Part shown: in pieces, positions 26,739-37,100 of the stretch
Layout: each line of letters begins with the position of its first letter
Position numbering within the stretch: position 1 is the stretch's first letter
DNA from: an uncultured Xanthomonas sp.
GTDB lineage: Bacteria > Pseudomonadota > Gammaproteobacteria > Xanthomonadales > SZUA-5
Reading direction: 5' to 3'
Assembly (NCBI GenBank): GCA_964561825.1
Contig: CAZLSB010000002.1
Coordinates: 1 to 52,886 of the forward strand
DNA length: 52,886 bases
The notes under the pieces: model-generated
Seen by the model: only the letters and a program-made list of their open reading frames with translations
What the model was told of the DNA's origin: nothing
Databases searched by the model: none
Made by a program: the position numbers and the translations under genes

Positions 26739-27221
26739 ATGGCCAACGAAGACAACAACAGCCCAATCGCGAACGGCAACGGCGCGGCCGAAAGCGGCCC
26801 GCAACTCACTGTGCAAAAGGTCTACATTAAAGACGCTTCCTTTGAAGCACCGGGTGCACCGCATATTTTCCAGGAGCAGGGTCAGTCGCGCGTCGAGCTG
26901 AATCTCGGCCAGAAAGCGCAGCAGTTGGGCAACAATGTCTACGAAATCGTGCTCACCGTCACGGTGACCTGCAAAATCGGCGAAAAAACCGCTTACTTGT
27001 CGGAGGTTCAGCAGGCCGGCATTTTCGGTCTGTCGGGTTTTGACGCGCAGCAACTGGACATGGTGATCGGCACCTATTGCCCGCACGTGTTGTTCCCGTA
27101 CGCGCGCCAGGCGATTTCCAGCATGATCGAACAAGGCGGCTTCCCGGCCTTCCTAATGCAGCCGATCAATTTTGAACAGATCCACGCCGACAACGTGCGT
27201 CGCCGCCAGCAAGCCGCTTAG
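26739..27221 (+). CDS. secB: Protein-export chaperone SecB
   Basis: ATG at 26739. Contains QKVYIKDASFEAP, AYLSEVQQAGIF and CPHVLFPYARQAISSMIEQGGFP. Confidence 0.92.
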   Translation: MANEDNNSPIANGNGAAESGPQLTVQKVYIKDASFEAPGAPHIFQEQGQSRVELNLGQKAQQLGNNVYEIVLTVTVTCKIGEKTAYLSEVQQAGIFGLSGFDAQQLDMVIGTYCPHVLFPYARQAISSMIEQGGFPAFLMQPINFEQIHADNVRRRQQAA

Positions 27222-27233
27222 TTCAAGCTTGCC

Positions 27234-28259
27234 ATGAGCGTCGCGCGCATCGCTGTCCTTGGAGCAGGCTCCTGGGGCACCGCATTAGCGACGCTACTGG
27301 CGCGCAATGGGCTCGACGTGCGCCTCTGGGGGCGGCGGGCTCAAGCGCTGATTCGCCACGGCGAAACGCTGGAGAATCCGCAGTATCTGCCGGGCATAGC
27401 CTTGCCCGGCAATATTCAATACGGCACCGATCTGGCCGCAGCGGTCGATCAGGTGGATGCCTTGCTGCTGGTCGTGCCCAGCCATGCATTCGCCGAAACC
27501 TTAGCTTTAGTGCGGGCCTTCTTGCCGGCGCAATTGCGCGGGCTGGCTTGGGCAACCAAGGGCTTTGAGCCGGGCTCTGGCGATTTCCTGCACCAAGTTG
27601 CGGATCGCTTGCTTGGTGTCGAACTGCCCAAAGCGGTCGTGACTGGGCCGAGTTTTGCCAAAGAAGTTGCGCTCGGTTTGCCGAGCGCAGTTACCGTGCA
27701 CTCCGATGACACAGCGTTCGCCCAGCGCATCGCCATCGCGCTGCATGGGCCGAACTTCCGCGCGTATAGCGGCAATGACATTCGCGGTGCTGAACTCGGT
27801 GGCGCGATGAAAAACGTGTTGGCGGTCGCCACCGGCATTTGCGATGGCATGCAGCTTGGCCTGAATGCGCGCGCCGGCCTGATTACCCGCGGCCTGAATG
27901 AAATGCTGCGCTTAAATCTGTGCCTGGGCGGTCGCGCTGAAACGATTATCGGCCTAGCCGGTTTAGGCGATCTGGTGCTGACCTGCACGGGTGATTTGTC
28001 CCGCAATCGACGCCTGGGCTTGGCGCTGGGGCGCGGTATCCCATTGGCGCAAGCAGTGGCTGACATTGGCCAAGTGGTCGAAAGTGTGCAAACCGCCGAC
28101 GAGGTGATGCGACTGGCACAGCGTTTTGCGCTGGATTTGCCGATTTCTTCGCGCGTGCAAGCGGTACTGCATGGCGATACCACGCCAGCCGATGGGCTGA
28201 AATCCTTGCTGGCGCGTGACCAGAAACCCGAATATCCCGCGGGTTTAGGATTAGGGTGA
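27234..28259 (+). CDS. gpsA: NAD(P)H-dependent glycerol-3-phosphate dehydrogenase
   Basis: Contains [14 protein letters not shown] and [13 protein letters not shown]. It shows the classical secB-gpsA adjacency. Confidence 0.93.
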   Translation: MSVARIAVLGAGSWGTALATLLARNGLDVRLWGRRAQALIRHGETLENPQYLPGIALPGNIQYGTDLAAAVDQVDALLLVVPSHAFAETLALVRAFLPAQLRGLAWATKGFEPGSGDFLHQVADRLLGVELPKAVVTGPSFAKEVALGLPSAVTVHSDDTAFAQRIAIALHGPNFRAYSGNDIRGAELGGAMKNVLAVATGICDGMQLGLNARAGLITRGLNEMLRLNLCLGGRAETIIGLAGLGDLVLTCTGDLSRNRRLGLALGRGIPLAQAVADIGQVVESVQTADEVMRLAQRFALDLPISSRVQAVLHGDTTPADGLKSLLARDQKPEYPAGLGLG

Positions 28260-28480
28260 GGCGGGATTTCGGGCCACCTGTCGCCGCCGAACGCAGGCCT
28301 AAATTCCCACGGGCCGCCGTAGTAGGCCGGGTCCTCGCGTCAGCCAAGCGCGCTCCCACAGGCTGCTGCTCTCCATGCATTGTCAAAGTGCATTGCCCCA
28401 GGTATCTGGGCAAGGCCTAAGCGAAACACTCAGCCTTCACGCTGCTAACATCCTCCGACCATCCTTGATGATGTTGCCGC

Positions 28481-31400
28481 ATGGAACTGTTCGGTTTGCT
28501 GGCGGTACTGTTGTTCTTCTATCTGCTGATCGCCCCGGCGGTTGCTTGGGTACGCGCCAGCAACCTTCGTGCGGAAAGCAACGAGAACCAGCGTAAGTTT
28601 GATCTACAGACGCGGGAAATTCGCGAACTGGCCAAACAAGTCAGCGCTTTGCGCGAACACCAACTGGTTTTGCTGCAGCGTTTAGACAAGCTGGTGAGCG
28701 GCACGCAGCAAGACGAAGAGCAAGCTGCCCCGCTGCAGCAACCGAGCGCGCAGCAGCCCGCCCCGGTTCAGCAACCGAGCACACGCATTGTCGATGCGCT
28801 GCAGGCGCAGACGCCTAAACCACCGCAGCGCAGTGCCAGCCCAGAAGTTCGCTTTGAGCCTAGTGAATTTGGCATTGCGCCTGCGCAATCGCCCAGCACA
28901 ACGCCACCTGTAAGCAAGCCCAGCGCCGAGCCCGCTAAGGCGCCGCCGGCAACATTGCCCATCACCCCACAAAGCTGGGCGCTGGAACCGCTGGCAAAGC
29001 CCGAGCAGTCGGAAATCATTGAGGTCTCCGCAGCCCCAGTCGCGCCACCGCCCATTAAAGTGGCTGAAACGATCGCTGTCGCGGCGGCACCGCCGCAGCC
29101 CAGGGCCTCCGGCGATGCGCGCACGGCAGAAGCGGTGTGGACGCCCAAACCGCCACGCCGGCCATTTGACGAGCCGCGGCCTGCGCCCAGCGATTTGCAG
29201 GTGCAGATGTCGGCGTTTTTCCAGGCAGCCAAGGGTTGGTTATTTGGTGGCAATCTGGTCGCCAAGATCGGTTTGATGATCTTGTTTATCGGCGTGGCAT
29301 TCCTGCTGCGCTTTGCATCGGCCTATGTAGTAGTGCCGATTGAAGTGCGTCTGGCCGCCATTGCGGCCGGCGCAATCGCGCTGCTCGGCTGGGGCTGGCA
29401 TATCCGCACTAAACGTCCGGGCATTGCCTTGCCGGCGCAAGGCGCAGCTTTGGCAACCTTGATGCTGGTCACCTTCGGTGCCTTCAAGCTGTATCACTTG
29501 TTGCCCAGTGGCGCCGCGTTTGCTTTGCTGTTGCTGCTGGTCGCGTTCACCTGTGTGCTGGCGGTTATGCAAGATGCGCTGTGGTTGGCGGTGTTTGGCA
29601 TCGTCGGCGGTTTTGCGGTGCCCATCTTGACGTCCACCGGCAGCGGCAGTCATGTCGCACTGTTCAGCTATTACGCGCTGCTCAACGCCGGCATTCTGGC
29701 GATCGCTTGGCGGCGCGCGTGGCGTTCGCTCAATCTGCTGGGCTTTTTATTCACCTTTGTGATTGGCACCGCGTGGGGCGCGCAAAACTATTCAGCCGAA
29801 CATTACGCCAGCTCGCAGTTCTTCTTGGCGCTGTTTTTGGTGTTTTACGTGGTCATCGCGGTGCTGTATGCGTGGCGACAAGCGCCGCAATTTAAGTTCT
29901 ACGTCGACGCCACGTTGGTCTTTGGTGTGCCCACCGTGGCCATGGGTTTGCAATACGGCTTGGTCAAAGACATGCCGTTTGGCAGTGCCTTGTCAGCATT
30001 GTCTTTGGGCTTGTTTTACGCCTGCACGGCGATGGTTTTGTGGCGTTGGCGGCAGGGCAGTTTGCGCTTGCTGGTCGAATCATTCCTGGCCCTCGCGGTG
30101 GTGTTTGGCACTCTGGCGATTCCTTTGGCCTTCGATGGTCGATGGACTTCAGCGGTCTGGGCCTTGGAGGGTGCTGGCATCGTGTGGATCGGTTTGCGCC
30201 AGAAACAAGCCTTGGTGTGGCGCTTTGGCATCCTGGTGCAATTCTTCAGTTGGTTGGCCTTCCTGCGCGCATTGACCGGCTTGGACCCGATCGCCGCATT
30301 GGCCAATCACATCAGTTTGGGCTTTGTGGTACTCGGCGCCACTGGCGTGTTCTTGGCATTGACCTTCCGTCGGCATGGTTTACACGACGACGATGCGCCC
30401 GGCGAGCGACAGGGTTTTGGCCGGATGGCCAATGGGTTTATCGCAATCGCCGTGCTTTGGCTGCTGGCTGGGATGTGGGTGGAGGTATGGCTGCGGGTGA
30501 CCGGCGTACATCGCGCCAGCTTGTATGTGTTGACCGCGATTGCCTTGGTGTTTGGATTGCAGTGGTTGGGCCGTCGGGCTAACTGGCGCCTGCCGGATCT
30601 GCTGGCTGGCGCTGTCACTGCGGTAGCCGGACTGACCTTCTTGGCGCTGATGTCGCGCTATATGGATTGGCGCAACATCAGTGTCTATGCACAAAGCAGT
30701 CTGGCGCAGGTGCTGTCGAACAGCGCGCTGATCGGCGGTGCCCTGCTCAGTGCGGCCGCCCTGGTATCCGCTTTTGCCTTCAAACGCCGAGTTGCCGAGT
30801 TAGAGGCTGAGGTACTCGACGCCACTGATGCGCGCCGTTCGGCGACCATCTGGCTCAGTCTGGCGATCTTCTGGTGGTGCGGTTTCGCCTTGCATGGCGC
30901 GGCGCACGCCTTAGCTTGGCTGACCAGTGCCGGTGAGCTGGCCGAGCCCTGGTATCACATCCCGTTTTGGGCTGCTTACAGCGTGGGTCTGGCTTTATCC
31001 GCGTGGGGCACGATGCTCCTTACGCAGGCTTACGCGTTTCCAAATCGGAACTTCGTATTGCGTCTGCTGTGGCCGTCGCTATCGGCATTGGGAACGTGGT
31101 TCTACTTGGTGCAGACCTCGCCCAAGCTGATGATTGAGCAGATGTTGGAGTTCGATGCGCCGCTGGCGCTGCCCGCAGACGGCGTGCAGGATGTGCTGAT
31201 GGCGTTTGCCGGCGGGCCCGTATTGGGCAGCGTGATTTTGCTGCTGCTCGCTTGGATCGGCATGCAAAAGATAAGCAATAGCAAACGAAGCCCCGATCTG
31301 AGCGCCGAACAACGCAGCACCGGCGTGGCGGTTTGGCTGATCGGCTTGGCCGTGGTTTTGTATGTGCCGCTGATCGACAGCCTGTCGGTGTTGAGCACGC

Positions 31401-32536
31401 AGTTGTTGGTCGCGCAAGGGGCCGTGATTGGCAATCTGGGCTGGCTTAGTTATGCCGACGCACGACTGCTGTGGATGAGTTTGGCGGCGCTGGCGCTGTT
31501 GCCGCTCGCCAATAGCAGGGTGCAGGCGCTGCGCTGGGTTACGCTGCCCAGCGCGCTGCAGCAGACGCTGGCTACCCTGGTGATCCTCGGCATGCTCTAT
31601 GCGCAAAGCCGATTGCCAAGCTTTGGCACGGCGATTGCGATGGTGTCGACCTGGGCCGCAATGGCTTGGTGCTTGCGTTATTGGCACGCCCGCTGGGGCG
31701 TATCGGCGGGTGGTGTGAAGGCCCTGCATTTTGCGCGCGTCATTGCACCGTGGGTGATGCTGGCACCGCTGGTGTCGTTAAATCTGATTCCCTTGCTGGC
31801 CGCGCCGGAAGCGTCCAGCGACGATTGGGTGATGGCGGGCATGTGGCCCGATTATTTGGCCGCGTGGGTGTCGATTGGTGCGTTGTTTGTCGGCTTGGCG
31901 CAAGTGCGTCGCGCCGGCTGGCCGCTGAGACCCGTGCACCTGTGGTACGGCGCCACGGTGATTCCCTGCGCGGCGCTTTGGGCGCTGTTGCTGGTGATCT
32001 ACTGGAATCTGCGCCAGGACGGCAGCATGGCGCCGTTGCCGTACCTGCCGATCCTCAATCCACTGGATTTGACCAGCGCATTCGTCGCATTTTTGCTCGC
32101 CGATCTTTGGCGTTTGCACGCGGCCGATGCCAGCGTCGCACAACGGCTCTTCGCGATTCGCGCCGCAATGGCCTTGGTATTTGGCTGGTTCAATTTGATG
32201 TTATTGCGCACGGCCGCGCAGTTCTTGGGTTTGCCTTATCGTTTTGCGCCGCTGTTTGAATCGCAGTTTGTGCAGGCGATGTTGTCCTTGGTTTGGACCT
32301 TGTGCGCATTTGCGCTGATGCGCTACGCAGCGCGCAAACTGTCAAAACCACTGTGGATGGTCGGTGCCGCGTTACTCGGTGTGGTGGTGCTGAAACTTTT
32401 CCTGATCGATTTGAGCAAGGTCGGCAGCGTCGCCCGAATCGTATCGTTCATGGGTGTAGGTGGGCTGATGCTGCTGATTGGTTACCTAGCACCATTACCA
32501 CGTGAAGCAGAGAACGAGGAGGGATCCACTCGATGA
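28481..32536 (+). CDS. DUF2339-like giant polytopic membrane protein
   Basis: 1351 aa. It has an N-terminal TM helix, a charged coiled-coil-like segment, about 170 aa rich in P/A/Q/S, then more than 20 hydrophobic helices. The helices begin with the signature WLFGGNLVAKIGLMILFIGVAFLLRFA, which I associate with DUF2339. Confidence 0.8.
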   Translation: MELFGLLAVLLFFYLLIAPAVAWVRASNLRAESNENQRKFDLQTREIRELAKQVSALREHQLVLLQRLDKLVSGTQQDEEQAAPLQQPSAQQPAPVQQPSTRIVDALQAQTPKPPQRSASPEVRFEPSEFGIAPAQSPSTTPPVSKPSAEPAKAPPATLPITPQSWALEPLAKPEQSEIIEVSAAPVAPPPIKVAETIAVAAAPPQPRASGDARTAEAVWTPKPPRRPFDEPRPAPSDLQVQMSAFFQAAKGWLFGGNLVAKIGLMILFIGVAFLLRFASAYVVVPIEVRLAAIAAGAIALLGWGWHIRTKRPGIALPAQGAALATLMLVTFGAFKLYHLLPSGAAFALLLLLVAFTCVLAVMQDALWLAVFGIVGGFAVPILTSTGSGSHVALFSYYALLNAGILAIAWRRAWRSLNLLGFLFTFVIGTAWGAQNYSAEHYASSQFFLALFLVFYVVIAVLYAWRQAPQFKFYVDATLVFGVPTVAMGLQYGLVKDMPFGSALSALSLGLFYACTAMVLWRWRQGSLRLLVESFLALAVVFGTLAIPLAFDGRWTSAVWALEGAGIVWIGLRQKQALVWRFGILVQFFSWLAFLRALTGLDPIAALANHISLGFVVLGATGVFLALTFRRHGLHDDDAPGERQGFGRMANGFIAIAVLWLLAGMWVEVWLRVTGVHRASLYVLTAIALVFGLQWLGRRANWRLPDLLAGAVTAVAGLTFLALMSRYMDWRNISVYAQSSLAQVLSNSALIGGALLSAAALVSAFAFKRRVAELEAEVLDATDARRSATIWLSLAIFWWCGFALHGAAHALAWLTSAGELAEPWYHIPFWAAYSVGLALSAWGTMLLTQAYAFPNRNFVLRLLWPSLSALGTWFYLVQTSPKLMIEQMLEFDAPLALPADGVQDVLMAFAGGPVLGSVILLLLAWIGMQKISNSKRSPDLSAEQRSTGVAVWLIGLAVVLYVPLIDSLSVLSTQLLVAQGAVIGNLGWLSYADARLLWMSLAALALLPLANSRVQALRWVTLPSALQQTLATLVILGMLYAQSRLPSFGTAIAMVSTWAAMAWCLRYWHARWGVSAGGVKALHFARVIAPWVMLAPLVSLNLIPLLAAPEASSDDWVMAGMWPDYLAAWVSIGALFVGLAQVRRAGWPLRPVHLWYGATVIPCAALWALLLVIYWNLRQDGSMAPLPYLPILNPLDLTSAFVAFLLADLWRLHAADASVAQRLFAIRAAMALVFGWFNLMLLRTAAQFLGLPYRFAPLFESQFVQAMLSLVWTLCAFALMRYAARKLSKPLWMVGAALLGVVVLKLFLIDLSKVGSVARIVSFMGVGGLMLLIGYLAPLPREAENEEGSTR

Positions 32537-33957
32537 AGCGCGTATCGGTTGCACTGCTGAGCTTGCTGCCGTTGTTTGCCAGCGCCGATCCAGCGCCCCT
32601 GCACAAGCCTACGCCAGCTGAGTTTGCGATGCGTTTGCCGGTGGCGGTGAGCGGTGAAAACGGTGTTGTGCAAATGCTGCTGCCGATCGAGGTGTACCTG
32701 CACGCGCGCAGCGCGGAACTGGCCGATTTGCGCGTTTACAACGATGCCGGTCAGCTGTTGCCGTTTGCGTTGCACCGCCCTAGCTATCGCACGCGCATTG
32801 AGTTTCGCGAGCACGCCACCGCGATGTTTCCGATCTACGTGCAAGCCTCCGACGCGCGCGATGACCTGGAATTGCAATTGCGCACCAACATGGATGGCTC
32901 GCTGCTCACCATTAACGCCCGTGGTTCGGAACCGCCCTCCAGCCGCAAGCAGCTAAGTTCGGTGATTGTTGATCTGGGCCCCAGTGACCGGCATGAGTTA
33001 TTGGAAAGCTTGGCTTTCGACCTACCAGAGCAAACCCACGATTACCGCGCGCGTCTGGCGATTGAGCGCAGTGACGATCTACGCCTGTGGGATGGCGTGG
33101 CGCACGGCAGTGTCGATTGGATCAGCGCCGCCGACGCCAGCCGGCGTTTGGTCGTTGACCGGATCGACTTGCCCAATGGCGATGGTCGCTATTTGAAAGT
33201 GCGCTGGTTAGAAGGCGAACCGATGGGCTTTGCGACGATCCGCGCGCGCTGGCGCAGTGCGTCGGTGCCACTTGATCCCACGCTGGAAGTGCAATTGAGC
33301 GGCACGCCAGGACCGATCGATGGCGACTTTGTGTACGCCACCAGCCCCGCCATTGCCGCCACCGCGATTGGACTTGATCTTGCCGACCCCAACTCGGTGA
33401 TGCCGGTGTCGATTGGCTTTTACCGACAAATGCGCCAGCCCAAACCGCAGTTGTGGCTGCTGCCGAGCATCGAAAGCACCTTCTACCGCTTGAACCACAA
33501 TGGCCGCGAACGCCAATCCAGCCGTATTCACATCGGCGCTTTGTCCGGTGCGCAATGGGTAGTCCGGCCGCAGACCGGCGGGCACGCGGCGCCCAAATTG
33601 GTGCTCAGCTGGCAACCGCAAACCTTGGTCTTTAATGCCCAAGGCAGCGGCTTTTATCTGGCCTTTGGCGCCGATGCGCAGGTCCATACGCGCTGGTTAG
33701 GCGGCGTGGCGCAGATGGCGCAAGTGGCGCCTGGATTTAGCCGCGAGGAAATCGAACAATTGGAGCGCGCCAAACCGGGTGTGCTGCAAAGCACGCCAAC
33801 AACCAGCATGAATGCGCCGGTCGAAGTCGTTGCGACAGACGCCGATGCCGCACGCATGCGGCGCTTCGCACTGTGGAGCGTGCTCGGCTTTGGGGTGTTG
33901 GTGCTGGGCTTCATGACTTGGCGTTTGTACGGGCAAATGCAGACATCAAGCAAGTAG
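32533..33957 (+). CDS. DUF3999-like exported protein with a C-terminal membrane anchor
   Basis: 474 aa. Its ATG overlaps the upstream TGA (ATGA). Signal peptide ..LLSLLPLFASA, the motif LADLRVYNDAGQLLPFAL, and a C-terminal TM helix FALWSVLGFGVLVLGFMTWRLY. Confidence 0.75.
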   Translation: MKRVSVALLSLLPLFASADPAPLHKPTPAEFAMRLPVAVSGENGVVQMLLPIEVYLHARSAELADLRVYNDAGQLLPFALHRPSYRTRIEFREHATAMFPIYVQASDARDDLELQLRTNMDGSLLTINARGSEPPSSRKQLSSVIVDLGPSDRHELLESLAFDLPEQTHDYRARLAIERSDDLRLWDGVAHGSVDWISAADASRRLVVDRIDLPNGDGRYLKVRWLEGEPMGFATIRARWRSASVPLDPTLEVQLSGTPGPIDGDFVYATSPAIAATAIGLDLADPNSVMPVSIGFYRQMRQPKPQLWLLPSIESTFYRLNHNGRERQSSRIHIGALSGAQWVVRPQTGGHAAPKLVLSWQPQTLVFNAQGSGFYLAFGADAQVHTRWLGGVAQMAQVAPGFSREEIEQLERAKPGVLQSTPTTSMNAPVEVVATDADAARMRRFALWSVLGFGVLVLGFMTWRLYGQMQTSSK

Positions 33958-34133
33958 AAGAGACGGGATTTCGGGCTCGATCGCCCGGTCGTCGAACCCC
34001 AAAGCGGCTCCGCCGCTGGACTAACCGACAGCGCGCCTGAAGCGCTGCTGGCCGCATGCTGCACTGCGGGTAGAGTGGCAGAGCGGCGAGCGCTATCTTT
34101 ACGCTTCCTTCGCAAATCAGCGACGCTAAAGTC

Positions 34134-37100
34134 ATGAGTGCTGTTCGCAGTTCTGACGCCGGCCCTGGGCTGGCACACGTGCAGGAAGCCCTGAAGTCGA
34201 TCGTCACCGGGCCCAAGCTAAAAGAAGCGCTGGCCTTTGCCGCGCGTTTGTTTGAGCACTTGCCAGAGGACGAGTTCGGCGAACGTCCCGCCGTGGTTTG
34301 GGCGAAGCTGACGCTCGATTTGCTGCGCTTCTTCCGCGAGCGTCCGGCACTAGCGGCGAAGGTGCGCGTTTACAACCCCAGCATTGAAGACCATGGCTGG
34401 GAATGCACCCACACGGTCATTCAGATCGTCAACGACGACATGCCATTTTTGGTCGACACCGTGGCGCTGGCGATCACCCAAGACCACACCTTGACCCACG
34501 TCATCATCCACCCGGTATTCAAAGTTCAGCGTGATCCAGGGGGTCATATCCTCGGTTTTGGTGCCGAAGAGGGTCTACGCGCCGAATCGATCATGCATAT
34601 CGAGGTGGATCGGCAGACCGAGCCGGGACGCCTGGAAGCACTGGCCGAAAGGATCGAACGCGTGCTCGCCGACGTGCGCTCCTGCGTGCGTGACTTTGAC
34701 GCGATGCATCACCGCTTGCTGGCGCTGGCTGAAGGACTCGGTGAGCGCGAATTGCTGCACGATGCCGAACAAGTGGTCGAGTGTGCGGATTTTCTGCGCT
34801 GGGTCGCCGACGACCACTTCACCTTCTTAGGTTATCGCGCCTACGAAACCACCCAAATTGACGGCGTCAATGTGCTGCGCGCGGTGGCCGGCAGCGGGCT
34901 GGGTTTGTTGCGCGGTTCCGAGACGCACTTGCCAGTGCGGCCGCTGGCGTCCCTGGCGGCGCGTGATTTGCCGCCTAACACCTTGCCAGACCTATTGATC
35001 CTGTCGAAAACCAACGCCCGATCAACCGTGCATCACCCCGGCTATATGGATTATATCGGCGTGTTGCGCTTTGACGAAAACGGTCGTGCTATCGGCGAAG
35101 ATCGTTTCCTAGGCTTGTACACATCCACCGCATACACCACGCGGCCCAAGGATATTCCGCTGATCCGCACCAAAGTCGATGCGGTGTTTGCGCTGAGCAA
35201 CCTGCATCGCAGTGGTCATGGCGCCAAACGCTTGCAACATCTGCTAGAAACGCTGCCGCGCGAAGAACTGTTCCAGTCCACCGTCGATGAGTTATTCCAA
35301 ACGGCGATGGGCATTCTTAATTTGCAGGAACGCCAACGCACACGATTATTTGTGCGCCGCGATCGTTACGGTCGCTATTTCTCGTGTTTGGTTTACATCC
35401 CACGCGACCGCTTTACCAGCGAGATTCGTGATCGCATCGAACAAACCTTAAAGCGCGCATTTGAAGGCGAGCGCTTTGATTCTTCAGTGGCGGTTTCCGA
35501 ATCCGTACTGGCGCGTTTGCACGTGGTGGTGCGTCCCAAAGCGGGGGAAAAACCTGAATACGATGTGCGTGAGATTGAGGCCAAACTGGCGCAAATCGTG
35601 CGCAACTGGCAAGACGAACTGCGCGATATTTTGGTGCAAAAACATGGCGAAGAGCGCGGGCTCAAGCTCAGTAATCGCTATGGCAAAGCGCTGCCGATGG
35701 GCTACATCGAAGCGGTCACGCCGTGGATTGCGGCGACCGATGTCGAAGCCGCGGCGCAATTAAAAGACAGCCACGATGTGCGTCTGCAGTTGTATCGACC
35801 GCGCAAAAAGAGTGATGGCGCACTGCGTTTTAAGGTGTTCCGCATGGGCACACCCATCGCTTTGTCCGATGCGCTGCCGATGTTGGAAAACATGGGCCTG
35901 CGGGTCAATTCTGAGCACCCGTATGAAATGCAAATACCCGGCATCAATATCCATATCCAGGATTTTGAAGTGGAATTGTTGGTGCCATTGGGCGAAAACT
36001 TAGACCAGGCGCGCGAGCGTTTCCAGCAAGGTTTCGAGCAAGTTTGGCGCGGTCGGGTTGAGAACGATGGATTCAATCGACTGGTGCTGGCCGCCGATCT
36101 GCATATCCGTGAAGTCACCATGCTGCGCGGCTACTGCAAGTATTTGCTGCAGACCGGCGTGACCTATTCGCAGGCTTATATGGAACGCGCGCTGGCCGCG
36201 CATCCGGCGATTACCCGACTATTGGTCGAATTGTTCAACGCAAGCTTTGATCCAGATCGCGAAGCGCGTAGTCACGCTGACGACGCGCGGCGCCGCATGG
36301 AGCGTGAATTCGGCACGGTCATGACCGATGCCCTGCGCGCCAAATTGCCGGCGCTGGTCGGCAACGTGTTGGATGCCTACATCAAACCGCGCGCTGAGCA
36401 GAGCGCGGTGCTGGTGCACGCACTCGCCGAATTGCTGGAACAAGTTTCCAGCCTGGATGAAGACCGCATTTTGCGGGCTTTCAAAGACTGTATGCATGCC
36501 ACCTTGCGCACCAATCTCTTTCAGCAGCAGGATGGCAAAGCCAAGGACTATCTGTCCTTCAAGTTCGATTCCAGCAAAGTGCCGAATCTGCCCAAACCGG
36601 TGCCGTTCCGCGAGATTTTTGTGTACTCACCGCGCGTTGAAGGTGTGCATCTGCGCATGGGCCTAGTCGCCCGCGGTGGATTGCGCTGGTCCGATCGACG
36701 TGAAGATTTCCGCACCGAAGTGCTGGGCCTGATGAAAGCGCAGCAGGTCAAAAACACGGTCATCGTGCCGGTTGGCTCGAAGGGCGGTTTTTACGTCAAA
36801 CAATCGCCCGTCGGCGGTGATCGGGATGCGGTGCTCGCCGAAGGCGTGGCCTGTTATCGCACTTTCATCCGCGGTTTGCTGGACATTACCGACAACATTG
36901 TCGACGGCGCTGTGGTGCCACCGGAGCGCGTGGTGCGCCGTGATCCCGACGATCCGTACTTGGTGGTTGCGGCTGACAAAGGCACCGCGACCTTCTCCGA
37001 TATTGCCAACGCGCTCAGTCAAGAATATGGCTTCTGGCTGGACGACGCCTTCGCGTCGGGTGGCTCCAAAGGCTACGACCATAAGAAGATGGGCATCACG

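Noticed and set aside
28262-28274. An exact 13-mer CGGGATTTCGGGC occurs just after the gpsA stop and again just after the DUF3999 stop (33964..33976). This would make it a direct repeat flanking the DUF2339/DUF3999 operon.
   Set aside because: By my estimate about 20 exact 13-mer pairs are expected by chance in a window of this size. The flanking sequence is only weakly similar. It is worth remembering only if genome comparison shows the operon to be an insertion.
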